Shown here: positions 22,560-36,015 of the stretch, piece after piece
How the letters are laid out: each line of letters starts with the position of its first letter
How positions within the stretch are numbered: position 1 is the stretch's first letter
Source of the DNA: Octopus bimaculoides
Taxonomy: Eukaryota
DNA: 64,000 nucleotides
Reading direction: 5' to 3'
Assembly: GCF_001194135.2 (NCBI RefSeq)
Contig: NC_068984.1
Location: 130,474,875 to 130,538,874, forward strand
Made by a program: the position numbers and the translations under genes
The notes under the pieces: generated by a model
The model's input: only the letters and a program-made list of their open reading frames with translations
Database searches by the model: none
What the model was told of the DNA's origin: nothing

Positions 22560-25500
22560 CTGAGGGCAAGAAAACAAAATCAAGAAAAAAAAAAAGACAA
22601 ACAAATGAAGGAAAAAAAAACCCCAAAAAATATTCCTAGAATGATAGCAAAGCTGAGTTTTCCTTTTTTTTTTTTGAGATGTGGGTGGGGGAATATCTCT
22701 GATGTTTGAACTGGCAAATTACTATGACAACAACAGCAACAAAAACAAAAATAAATAAATAAAAAAAAAAGACCGAACCATACAAAACAGCAAACCGCTA
22801 CCTAAACATGAACCAGCAAGAAAGGGTCAGTCAAATCTTCAACACGCTCCCTAGGGATCTTTAAAATAGGGACCACATTAGGTTAGCAGGAAAGAATCAA
22901 TATATTCAGTTTCTTCCAATCTGTGTAGCAGCCAGATGTTCTTTCAGCAAACTCCTTAGTGACGTTAATATAAAGATTATTAGTTGTCTTTCTGTCTTTT
23001 ACTTGTTTCAGTCATTGGACTGTGACCATGCTGGGGCACTGCCTTGAAGGGTGCCCCAGCATGGTCACAGTTGAACATATCAACCCCCATACATGTTTCG
23101 TACTTATTCTATTGGCCTCTTTTGCTGAGTTGCAAAGTAATGGGGATGCAAACAAACCAACACAAGCACACACACACATGATGGGTTTCCACAGTTTCCA
23201 TCTATCAAATTTAATTAGAAGGAAGAGCACCCACTACACTCTCTGAGTGGTTGGCGGTAGGAAGGGCATCCAGCTGTAGAAACACTGCCAAATCAGATTG
23301 GGGCCTGGTGTAGCCATCTGGTTTCACCAGTCCTCAGTCAAATCGTCCAACCCATGCTAGCATGGAAAGCGGACGTTAAACGACGATGATGATGATGATG
23401 ATGATGATTGACCAGAGGCGATAGCAGAAGACATTTGCTTAAGGTGCCATGCAGTAGTACTGAACCTGAAACCACATGGTTGCACACTCTCACACACACA
23501 CATCATCACCATCACATATATGACATACACTTATAAACACACAAATATACATAAATATAACCCCACCACCCATTCACATACACATTCCAACACACATGCA
23601 CACACATTTGTGTGATAATGTCCCGGAAAAAGACACTTTTTAAAACCCCCTTTTTTGGGGTACAAACTCATCCAAGACGAATCCTGGTTCTGTGATACAA
23701 ACTCCCCGTTTTAAAGTGATGTAAATTATAACTTTACTTCAAAATTTCATGTCAATTTATGTTACAAACAAGAGCTTAATAATGACTAAGTTATTTTAAT
23801 AAAGTCCTCATTATTTCAAAATTAATTGGACATAGACATTTTATTTCCCTGCTCTTTTGTCTTGCAAGTTACATTGCAATTTCACTAGAGCTTATGCCAT
23901 GTAAAAAGCACCTAGTACACTCTGTAAAGTGGTTGGCATTAGAAAGGGCATCCAGCTGTAGAAACCATACCAGAGCTGACATTGGAGCTTGATGTGGGCT
24001 TGCAGCTTGTGGGATGTGAAACCATCCTACTTATGCTAGCATGAAAAGTGGACTTTAAATTATGATGATGATGATGACGACAACAACAAGGAATATTGTT
24101 ACAAAAGGATTGAGGACATGTTCCAAGACCAAAGTTTCTGCAATGAAACACAAATGGCATCTCATCAGGTTGGGCCAAACTGGAAGATTTCACCCCACCC
24201 ACCCAATCAGACCTTGTGAAGTAAGCAAGCCCTGCAGTAGAATCAGAAATCAAAAGAGATGCTTGAAGAGAAACTCTTAGCACTGAGGATGATTGCTGAC
24301 CAAGTGTGCTGGAGAACTTTGCCAATGACCTCATGTGTGGAATGCTTTCATGTGTTGGAAGATAGATTCTAAACCAAATAGTGACAAGTTGCCATCACAT
24401 CAACAATAGACAAAATGAAAGGAGACTATATGTTGGAAGAAAGTCTGGTCAGAAAAGAGGATACATAGACAGAGCAATAAACATACATATATGCATACAG
24501 ATACACATTCATCAGAGACAAACAATCACTTGCAAAGGAGTCTCTATATCAGTGCTCCACAACTGGTATGCCATGGCACACTCGTGCGCAACAAGATAAT
24601 GCTAGGTGTGCCACAGTGTAACCTGAGCATAACTTTTTTCCCAATACTATCAGCTACATTTTTAGTTCAGCTGTGCCACCAAATTTTGAAAAGAATATAA
24701 ATGTACCACAAGTGAAAAAAGGTTGCAGAGCATTGTTCTGTGTCACTATTCAACCTGTTTAGAAATAGAAGCCAACTCTTCCTCAAATAACAGTGCTGTA
24801 TACATTATGTTCTAAAAAACAAACAGACAGGATGGTCATAACTGGAATGTCTTTTACTATTGATCTGCTTGATCAGGATTAACCGGAGAGTTAATCGGAG
24901 AGACTACAAAAACAGGCTGTTTACAAATAAATGGGGAAACTAAATAGACAAGAGAAGTATAGGAATGTTAAAGCATGACCTTTCGGTCAGGTAACAATGG
25001 TCCCAACTAGTGGGTCTAATTGGCACTGTGTTGGTTATGATGACGAGGATTCCAGCTGATTCGATTAACAGAACAGCCTGCTCATAAAATTAACATGCAA
25101 GTAGATGAGTACAGACAACACAGACATGTGTACCCTTAATGTAATTCTCAGGGAGATTCAGTGTGACACAGAATGTGACAAAACTGGCCCTTTGAATTAC
25201 AGACATAATTCATTTTTGCCAGCTGGGTGGACTGGATCAACATGAAATAGAGTGTCTTGCTCAAGGTCACAACATGCCAACAGGAATCAAAATCAGGACT
25301 CTAAGCCAAATACGCTAACCACTAAGCCACACATCTTCACAACTAGTAGGTGGACTTATCCTAGCATACAGGAATGAAAAAAGATGATGATAATGATAAT
25401 ATCAATGATGACTGCTATATTTCAAATCCCAAAGAAGGGAAATATGATGGATTTAATAATTAAGAAACACAGACATAAGTTGATGAGCATTTGCATAGAA

Positions 25501-26196
25501 TAGAAAAAAATGATGCCAGAAATGTCATGTGACAAATGTAGCAGGTAACAGAAATTCCAAGTGGTAGAAGTGCCAAGTGACAGAGGTGGAAAGTGTGTCA
25601 AAGACATTGAAAATGATGACAGCAGGGGTCACTTATAAAGCTCAGTTGTCATTGGTGAGCATTGAATACAGACAGGAAAATTCAGGATTCAATGGTATGG
25701 TTCTTACACTAAAACTGCTCATTTACATCAACCAATGGAATGAAAAATTAATTGGGAAAGAATCAAAAGACATTATGTGCAGGAGAGATGACTGTGCTGG
25801 TTTCGAGGACTAATATGACTGAATGATGCATGCTGGGTAAAACAGCTTTCAGAGGTGAAAGTGGAAAGACTGCTGTTGACCAGAGAAGAATTTGAGTTTT
25901 AAATCAGAGAAGGTTGGGCCTCACAGATAATATGACATGCATGACAAATAACGCATACAACCCTTTCGCACATGGAGAGAAAAATAATGATGATATTGGT
26001 AATAATGTAGAATATATATTTGAGTTCACACAAACACACACACACACACAAAGTAAAAAAATACATGCAAACAGTTTCTAGTTGTTTGATTAGAAATGGT
26101 ATGAAACCTTTCACAACTCAGTGGTGAATAAGAAACCATGAAACATTTTGGCTGAACAAGTACCAGAATCTTGTTCTCAGCCTTAAGAGTAAGATG

Positions 26197-26244
<48 letters not shown>

Positions 26245-28732
26245 NNNNNNNNNNNNNNNNNNNNNNNNNNNNNNNNNNNNNNNNNNNNNNNNNNNNNNNN
26301 NNNNNNNNNNNNNNNNNNNNNNNNNNNNNNNNNNNNNNNNNNNNNNNNNNNNNNNNNNNNNNNNNNNNNNNNNNNNNNNNNNNNNNNNNNNNNNNNNNNN
26401 NNNNNNNNNNNNNNNNNNNNNNNNNNNNNNNNNNNNNNNNNNNNNNNNNNNNNNNNNNNNNNNNNNNNNNNNNNNNNNNNNNNNNNNNNNNNNNNNNNNN
26501 NNNNNNNNNNNNNNNNNNNNNNNNNNNNNNNNNNNNNNNNNNNNNNNNNNNNNNNNNNNNNNNNNNNNNNNNNNNNNNNNNNNNNNNNNNNNNNNNNNNN
26601 NNNNNNNNNNNNNNNNNNNNNNNNNNNNNNNNNNNNNNNNNNNNNNNNNNNNNNNNNNNNNNNNNNNNNNNNNNNNNNNNNNNNNNNNNNNNNNNNNNNN
26701 NNNNNNNNNNNNNNNNNNNNNNNNNNNNNNNNNNNNNNNNNNNNNNNNNNNNNNNNNNNNNNNNNGAGTTTAAAGAACTAAAAATGGTTATATCTCCTCA
26801 TGGAACAGTGTCCCTCATTTGGTGAAGAAGAATTTCAAAAACTAACCATCTGCAAAATACTGGAAGTATCTTTAAAGAAAAAAAGGCATGAGTATAAAAA
26901 AAAAAAAAAAGAATCATGAAAATAAATGAAGATGGTAGAAAAATATTTCTGGAGAAGATTATGAGGAATGATGATGCCAAGCAGAAATGGCTAACAGACA
27001 AATAAAATGTGTTACAGTGCAGAGACAGGGAGACATGTTGTGCAAAGATAAAACAGTGGATATTCTGAGATATAAGATTATAAATAAACATGAAGGATAT
27101 TCTTTTAAAACAGCTCCATAATATATGGGGTATGGCATATAGTTTAACATTGATATGTGTTGAAGATTTTTGTTTTTCTAAACTGAAACATATTGTCAAT
27201 TCTACTGGATACGACATGTAATGTTATGGAGATAAAATACATATGTGAGATAATACATTCTACATTTAAACATGTTAAAATAATATGCTATAGAATGTGG
27301 GATACAACACAGCATGTGATATCTTCTATTATACAGCTCTACAACATGTGGGATATTCTGTTACACAACACTATACTACATGGAGTATTCTACTTAGACA
27401 CCGTTTACAATATATATATATATATATATATATAGAACATTCTAGGAAAACTACATGGGTTATTGTTATGCAATATCTTACATAGTATATGTATTGTTGT
27501 ACAACATCAAACATGTGGGATACTCTGTTAAAATACCATCAAAGCATATGAAACATTGTTATACAACATTAAACATGTAGGACAATCTTTATTACAGTAC
27601 TTACAATATAGGGATATATATATTGTTATACAATACTACAACATGTGCATGTAGGCCATTATTTCATATACAACACAATGAGATGAAATACTATTTTACA
27701 GGGTGAAAATAAATATGATTTGATACTTTGGAAGAAAGGAGTATAAAAGAGGGGGATATCAGAGAAAGCAGTGTTATACATAATGATAACTCACTCATAA
27801 TATTTGAACTTATAACCAGCAGCTTAACTATTCATATATATATTATACATTTGGATGTATAAATGGGAGAAATTACTCAATGCATGTAGTAGAGTTTATC
27901 TATTCATTCACAACTGATGAATCAGAAACACGAATTCTTTATCAGTTTATTCATCATCTTGTCACCTAAACGATCAAATGCACAGTGAAAGAAACTTGGG
28001 GTTGTGACTGAGCGAATCATTAATTTGAATGAAAAGGATGGGTCTAAATCATCCTGGCAGTAGGCACTCCAGTGTGTATTTGACTAACAGGGTACTCGGA
28101 TCAATTTTACCTGTTAACTATTTAAAATGCTTGATGAAACGGTCTGGTTACATGATCATGGAATTGAGTAGAATAATGAGCAAATTACCATGCTATGGAA
28201 ATGTACTTTGCATAATTTGAACAACATCTCTATTTATGTTCTTTTATTATATATATATATATGCACCAGTTCCAATTAGGTTTATTGTAGCCTTCTGCTC
28301 AATATTTCGGTGAGTGTATGAGTGTGAAAGTTAGAAATTGCTACCTTCATCTGACCGAAGCTCATCCTGGATAGAATACAGTAGAACAACCAACTGCTGA
28401 CTGAAAGAGTCGACATGTCCCTGCACAGCCTTCATGGCTTTGAGTGAGGATATTTGAGAGTAGCTGTGGCCCATTCAAAACCAAGTTACTGCTGTACATA
28501 GTCCTTCTCCAGTAAAGACAGGGCTGGAACTTTTCACTATAAAAATGCAGTGGCATACTGTTTAGAGATTTGCACAGGTTTCAATGTCAACTAATTATGT
28601 CAGGTAATTTCATTTCAGAGATCAAAAAGAATCATTTTGCTGCTTGAAACAGAAAAGAAGACAAAGAAAGAAATAGAGAGAGAGAGAGAGGAGAAAAAAA
28701 GGAGGATGACACAAAAGAAAGGAAATTCTTAC

Positions 28733-28772
28733 CTCTCCGATTCTGCAGGCTTTTGTAATACCACCTTGGAAC
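28733..28772 (-). CDS. Asap: ASAP linker exon (phase 1-2, 40 nt)
   Basis: ttcttgtccctgacag|GT TCC AAG...GAG AG|gtaaga; (G)SKVVLQKPAESE(R/S); phases fit 37024 upstream and 3343 downstream. Confidence 0.8.
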
Positions 28773-29543
28773 CTGTCAGGGACAAGAATGGTGAAAAAAA
28801 ACAAACTTCAGTATTTGATTGACAGCCATATAAACACAAAGACCAAATCCCCGGTGTTGGTCCCCATCCCTATAACCCATCTACCCTGACCTCTCCACTC
28901 CCACTCTGTTCTATAACTCTGTTTGTTCCTCGTTAAGTCGATGGTGACAGAAATTCCAAACTTTGGAACAGGACCATGAACTGGTAGAGGAAAGGCACAA
29001 TCAATTTACTAGATCTCAGTAATGGATAAGAAACCATTACATCAATTCTAGAAGGATCTGAGGCAAAAATTGAGGCAACCTCAGCAGGATTTGGGATGAG
29101 AACATGAAAAATGACATAACTAAATACTGCAAGATTGTCAGACAAGCACTCTCATGCTTCTGCCTCATGACAACCTCATCATCCTCCTCCTCCTCATCAT
29201 TATCATCGTGGTGATGGTGGTCAAGATGATGATTGCATCTAACTCGGGTACCTTGAGAACAAAGGCACGTTTGATTTAATTAACCCCAGTATTTGTTTGG
29301 TACTTATTTTATCACATCAGAAAGGATGAAAGGCTAAGTCAACCATGACAGGATTTGAACATTGAAGTATCTCCAATGTTCAACTGGCACTATATTTTGT
29401 TGGTCCCCAAGGTTCATTTTGGTGGGATTTGAACTCAGAACATAAAGCGCTAGATGAAATGCCACTCAGCATTTTATCCAATGCTCTAACAATTCTGTCA
29501 AACTTGCTGCCTTAATCCCATCCAATAATAATAATAATAATAA

Positions 29544-29902
29544 CTATGCTGGATCATAGATATAGCATGCCCAGCTGACAACAAGGTATGCAATAAGGAA
29601 GAAAGAAAAGTTGAGAGATATGACAGGTTAGCTTGGGAAGTTAAGCAGTTGTGGTCGATGAAAAAGGTAGCAGTAGTACCAATCATTGTCGGAGCCCTGG
29701 CAACAGTGAGCAAAAATTTCGAGAAGTAAGTGGAACAAATAGGGGCTGCAATTAGGGTGGAGCACTTGCAGAAAACAGCACTGCTTGGAACCACTTGAAT
29801 ACTCCGGAAGGTGATTGAAAAATAAGAGGTGTCACCTTAGTTCACTGGTAGTGAACAGCTGACATTGTAGTACATCTCCAGCGTTAGAAGCTGTGCAAAG
29901 GC
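29544..29902 (+). mobile_element. 5'-truncated R4/Dong-like non-LTR retrotransposon (RLE endonuclease end) inserted in (TAA)n
   Basis: Frame reads IDIACPADNKVCNKEERKVERYDRLAWEVKQLWSMKKVAVVPIIVGALATV...EHLQKTALLGTT*ILRKVIEK*, a restriction-like endonuclease C-terminus; (TAA)n on both sides. Confidence 0.85.
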
Positions 29903-29920
29903 AATAATAATAATAATAAT

Positions 29921-30142
29921 CTCTTCTACTGGAAGCACAAGGCCTCAAATTTGGGGGAAGGGATTAAGTCAATTACATTGACCCCCAGTGCGTAACTGGT
30001 ACTTATTTAATCAATCCCGAAAGAATGAAAGGCAAAGTCAACCCGGGCGGAATTTAAACTCAGTCAGAATGTAGCAACTGGTGAAATACCACTATGCATT
30101 TGATTCCATCCAGCGTGCTAACGATTCTGCCAGCTCGCCACC

Positions 30143-30186
<44 letters not shown>

Positions 30187-30716
30187 TTAAGGCACAAGGC
30201 CTGAAATTTGGCATGAGAACACTGGTTGATTACATCAACCCCAGTGTTTCACTGGTACTTAATTTATTGATTCTGAAAGGATGAAAGGCAAAGTCAACCT
30301 CAGCGGAATTTGAACTCAGAACGTAGTGGCAGATGAAATACCACTAAGCATTTCGTCCAGCCTTAATAATAATCCTTTCTATTAAAGGCACAAGGCCTGA
30401 AATTTTTAGGGGTGGGGACGAGTCGGTTACATCCACCCCAGTGTTTCGCTGATGCTTAATTTATCGATCCGAAAAGGATGCAAAGCAAAGTTGACCTCAG
30501 CGGAATGATATTAATAATAATAATAATAATGCACAAGGTCAGCAATTTTGTGGGGAAGGGGTTGATTACACTGACCCCAGTACTCAACCTGTACTTATTT
30601 TATCAATCCCAAAAGGATGAAAGACTAAGTCAACTCCAGCAAATGTAAAGAGCTGGAAAAAATGTTGCTAGGTATTTTGTCTGATGCTCAAACAATTCTG
30701 CCAGCTCACTGCCTTA
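29921..30716 (-). mobile_element. Four head-to-tail Nin/Deu-like SINE copies separated by (TAA)n
   Basis: Repeated GCACAAGG...GAAAGG(A)TGAAAG..AAAGTCAAC module at about 29921, 30188, 30373 and 30531, separated by TAA runs. Confidence 0.75.
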
Positions 30717-30879
30717 ATAATGATGATGATAGTAGTAATAGTAGTAGTAGTAGTAGTAGCAATAAGGATAAGAACAACATTAACAATAACAGAAGAAAGA
30801 CAAAGAACAGAGAAAAACTAAAAAGAAAGTCTTGGAGGTTAGGCTGAAGGAAAGAGGTGTTTAGTAATTTGAAACAGAG

Positions 30880-30936
<57 letters not shown>

Positions 30937-32065
30937 GTAGTAAGTGATGAGTGTCTTGGCTCAGTGGTTGAGCTATATTCCTGGAAATGTCAGTGAGTGT
31001 CTGTGAAGAAAAAAAAAAGCAAAAAAAAACAAACAAAGTCCAAGAAGAAAGCAGGGGGGGGGGTCCTGTAAAAATGAAAGCAGAAAGTGATATTGTTGAG
31101 TGATGCAGCATTGCATAAAAGTAAAAAAGCAAGATACACACAGCCGTAAGAGGTGCAACAGTACGTAAGGAAGCTGTACAGTTAGGAGAAGGATGCAGAT
31201 GCGTAATGAAGGCATGCAAAGGAAATGGATGCAGTTGCGTATGGAATAGACATGTGATATCCTGAGATTTGAAATACATTTGTAGTCATTAAGTGCAGAT
31301 AATATTTCTGTTATTTTATGGCTGCAAGTAAATTTGAGGATCTTATATCCAGAAATAACAGTTAAGGTTGCAACTATGAAGCAACAGTGATAGTAAAACT
31401 TCATGTGTGCTTGTATGTTGTTCCCTAGAATACAGTTAATACAAGGGAGATAATCATTTCTTCAGAATATTTGGTGGGATTAGAAGTTTGAATTTGGAAT
31501 AAGAAAATGCACAAATATTTATGTCTGTATGTATACATACTAATGTCTTACTAAACTTATGAAATTCACTCTTCCCAATGCCAACAAACAACCTATCAAA
31601 ATCAACAACATTCTCACCTCATAAGAAATTCTTTGAGCAACTCCACAAACAGAACCCAACAATCCAGATTAAGAATTAAAGAATCAACCAGCTCCTATTA
31701 CTGAATAAAACCCAATCCTTGGATATATATGTATGTATGATTTATACACACATACATATATATATAGTATTAATTTATACACACATACATGTATATAGTA
31801 TTAATAAAATACAGAAAACATATATGGTATTTTAAATTTTATATCAAATATCTTTTCTGATTAATAATTATTAGTGGCAGAAGCAGTAATAATACCAAAA
31901 GGTAATATTTATCCCCACTATGTATCATACTTAATGTATATACACTGTTGATAGGCCAGTTACTGTGTCATTTGTCCTGAGATAAGTACATTTATTAAAG
32001 CAGACCAGCCTTCACTTGTTTTGTCAGAAATGAAAAGATGCCCCAGCAGGGGCCAGCAAGAGTAC

Positions 32066-32107
32066 CAGATGCATTTTGGCTTTTGTGCAGAGCAGGAATA
32101 CCTTTAC
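32066..32107 (-). CDS. Asap: Candidate ASAP cassette exon (42 nt phase 1-1, or 6-nt variant 32102-32107)
   Basis: Acceptor cttaattttaagtttggctttcatag|GT AAA GGT ATT CCT GCT CTG CAC AAA AGC CAA AAT GCA TCT G|gtactc (KGIPALHKSQNAS); this donor is weak; alternative donor AAG|gtattc after 6 nt. Confidence 0.35.
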
Positions 32108-35100
32108 CTATGAAAGCCAAACTTAAAATTAAGTGATTAAATACTAGACAGTACAGGTGTAAAACTCTGTTATCTTTCTTTTATTTAACTCCTGTCATTT
32201 TTACTCTTAAGAAAGTCTGTCCAAAATGTTCGATACTCCACACACAATGACAATTTCACTATACATTTTCCGTTACTTAAATGCAGGTCATGTCAAAGCA
32301 GACCAATACTAATTGCCTTGGATTATGTTTTATCTGATATATTTCAGCTAATGTTGTAACTGATTTCTGACAAAACAAGTGAAAGCTGGTCTGTTTTAAT
32401 AGATGTACTTATACAGCTGCCAGTATAAGTACTAGTAGATTTTCAGGACCAAATTGCAACTCTTTCACACTTTTAGGCTCATCCAAGATATTGAAATCTG
32501 GAAATTTAGTCTTAATACCTTCAACATACCTAGCTACCAGGTTGTTATTAAGTCATGATTGATCAAGATTAAGGATTACATATCACCGTCCTCATTCCAG
32601 CACTTAACACATTATACTAACTTACTCCTCTAAGACTGAAATGTCTGGTATTCACTCTCTACTCCTGCTTTCCTTAAATGTCTGATAACATTGGCTCAAT
32701 TCTGACTTCACAATTCAGTGAATTATAGGAAATGTGTCAATCAGTGAAATCAATTAATTTAAGTAACATGCAAATTTCCAAATTTGCAGAAGCTATCTAA
32801 CTCATCCATGCTGGCATGGAATAAAAAAGAATGTGAAACAACAAAAAAGATATATTTTTCAAAATATACAAAAACCTTCAAAGATATATATTAACGAATG
32901 CTGTATTAACTATAATTGGAATGGAGAAAGAATATTCTGATTATAAGATTGGTGAGATTTAGATGAATATTTTAGGAGCAAAGTTCATAATGTGAAACCT
33001 TCATTAGCAAATTTCTTCATAAAAACAGGCAATATATAACAAGTAATACACGAGAAAGATATGAGTCATGTTCATGCAATATAGCAAGCAACAAGAAAGA
33101 TATGGGAAACATACAGGCAATATTGCAAGCAACATGCAGGCAATATAACAAGCAATAGAGCAAGTCACAAGTTAAATTAAATAGTGGAAAAAATATCAAG
33201 GCAGAAATTTGAATACAAAGTAAACATAGTACAAGGTTTTTCTATTCAATTAGTTTTGTCTCTATCTCTAGGTACAAAAGAGTTTAAAACAGAATATGTA
33301 CCTCCAGGTACACAAGAGTTTCACATTACATGACCTACCAGAATTACAATCTGTTTTATACTTCCTGGAACAGAAGAGTTACAATATTGTTTCTGTGAAT
33401 ACAAAAGTTGCTGTATAGTCTTATACTACATAATTATCAAGAGTTACACAGAATCTGTTTGTAACTCTTTGAAGACAATAGTTAATGGTAAGAAAAATGC
33501 TCAAGTTCTTTTCCTTGCTGTTGATACAGTGACCAAAGGATGTGATTTGATACAAAGACTTATTGTAATCAATACTATAGGCCACCAAGAACTGATGTTC
33601 AACAATTGAACTATGGTAAGAGTGTAAGAGAGTAAAATGCTAACTACAAGAGAAAAGGCAGACAAAAACTAAAAGAGGGTACAAATTTTAACACCAAAAG
33701 TGAAAAGGTGAACTGACAACTTAAATAATTTCCCTTCACCTGATTATTCGTGGCGATGTTGTTAGTGGTGGTGAGAATGGAGAAAGAATAACTCTCGCAC
33801 TATCTCTATTAAAGAATTTGATGCCCAAAACTTACATAAACAGTGAAGAACATTTAGTGAGTGAGAAATTGCTTAGCTAGTTCTGAAGAGAAATACAGTC
33901 TATGACAGAAAGAGAGTTTAATTCACTGGAAGCCATCTTACAAATGATGAAGACACCTTTGATTAATCCTCACTGCATAGGAACCAAGTATTCTCTTGGT
34001 TCTTATGCATGTGCACATAAAACATGGGAACTGAGTCAACTTATTTTTGAAAGTGGGGAACTTTCTGAAATTCTCCACATTTCATATGACAGAGTAAACA
34101 TTTTATTTTATAAATAATAAAAAGAAGTTTCAAGAACCAATTTGCATATATTACCACGTTACATCACCAGCAAAAAATTTAATCAGCACAGTGAGGATTA
34201 AGGAGGATTTCATTAAAACTCCATGGGAATTGCATATTTAAAGAAGCTTACAAAACTAAAGCTTTGACAAGGAGAAACTGTATATGATGAAAAGGTTGAC
34301 AACAAATATAATTTTGACAAAGGAAAATGATTAATTTTACTGAAAGACCAGCTACAAATACTGCAGATATTTATACAGCTTAAAAGGTTACCCAAGGAAA
34401 ATAATTTGGTGGGGGTTTTTGAGAAAATATTTAAAACTATCATCATAACTTCTTTAAAATGAAACCATATTTTAGAAGATACCTATATTAAAAACTATTG
34501 AAAATGATGATTGTAATATGATAAAAATAACAAGCCTGTTGTATGCAGTGCTCAGGTGTATTGTAATGTATTAGTTTTAAGTAGAATGTGAATGTGATTT
34601 ATATAATGATTGAACAATTTTCGTAACTGAATGTACTTCCACGTGCTAACCACATATTCATTGAATGTAAGTAGAATGATTTATCAGTAATATTGAAGTA
34701 AATGAATTTATGTACTTTGACTAGAGGCCTGACAAAAACCATGTGAAAAAAACAATCATGGCCTTTGCAGGCTCTCTCTGATTGTTGAGTCTGATGTAGT
34801 CGATGAAAGGAAGCAGGGAGGGAATTTCAAAGTGCTGCACTCTGAGAAGAAAGGGCCAGGTGAAGTGTGACTATAATAAAGTTTGAATACTTGATGAATG
34901 TAATCAATAGTCTAGCAGTGAAACCTCACAACCATGGCATCCCCTCCCTAAAAATAAATTAGAACAGTTACCGTTTAGTGTATTGTGGCTACAGCTAAAT
35001 AAAGACATGAAGTTATTTAAATCATATGTTACCTAATACTGAGTGGTATCAGTCCAGTTAATCACAGGTGTTAACTTACAGTAGCCAAGATAACGAAGGT

Positions 35101-35976
35101 TGTCATTTAGTGTCGAACTGTGGTATGTGGGAATAGTTTCTTGCATTATTAACCATGAACAGTTCCATAACTACAAAATTACAGGCCTAGCATATATAGA
35201 CAGGGCCTGAATCTTGAGATCAAAAATAAAATAACTTCTAGCACTTAGCATTTTTATGCTGGTGCCATGCAGCAAAGCACCCATGCTGGTTACATGTTGA
35301 AAAGCATCCGTGCTCATGTGATGTAAATATTTCAACAATTTTTTAAATATAATTCCTAATAATATTTAATTATATAAATATAATAGGATATAAACAATAC
35401 TGAACACACATACCCAAGATATGCATTTTGCCAGTATGTGGGCAGGCTGCGATTTATAGGCATAAGAGAATATATTCTCATCAATTCGCCTGGTGTTAAA
35501 ACACCTGGAAGTCATAGACAAGCGAGATAACTTGCATCAGGTCTTGTTACATGAGCAGCAGACATTATTATTTTGTCATTCTTATGACTTTTCAAGCGAG
35601 TTATTGTGCTTTTCTATGGCTTCCAGATGTTTTAACATCAGGCAAATTGATGAGAATATATTCTTTTATGCCTATAAACCATAGCCTAGCCATGAAATGG
35701 CAAAACACATACCTTGCATGTGTGTGTTTGATATTGTTTATATCCTTCAGGCTGCTTCTCATTCATATTTGAATCATAGGGTATGTCAAAACATCAAATA
35801 GCTATGAAGATCAATCTGACTGAAACAGAAATCAAAAGGGGGGTCTATAGGTAAAAAGGGGTTGAGAACCATCCCTATAGAGTAGCTCAATGGTTATGTT
35901 ACTGTTAGATACACTATCCTGGGGTTCAGTTCTGAAATATATTGTTACAGCTATAGTATTTGTCTTTATATCTTAC

Positions 35977-36015
35977 CTGTGTTCGGACCTTTCTTATACA
36001 ATGTAATCCTATCTG
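35977..36015 (-). CDS. Asap: Candidate ASAP cassette exon (39 nt, or 36 nt via NAGNAG; phase 1-1)
   Basis: catgtttatag|CAG|ATAGGATTACATTGTATAAGAAAGGTCCGAACACAG|gtaaga; (A)DRITLYKKGPNT, open and symmetric in the required phase. Confidence 0.6.

Noticed and set aside
21849-22626. 177-aa, 96-aa and 78-aa ORFs rich in Ile or Met
   Set aside because: Translations of the (GAT)n tract; the unique tail may be a decayed LINE fragment but I could not assign it.
27200-27700. Degenerate ~30-bp repeats (also 33240-33480, 46665-46950, 44310-44375, 37600-37660)
   Set aside because: Ordinary decayed minisatellites or short local duplications with no further structure.
33900-34450. Coding-like plus-strand stretch with few stops
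   Set aside because: Might be a decayed transposase, but I recognised no family motif.
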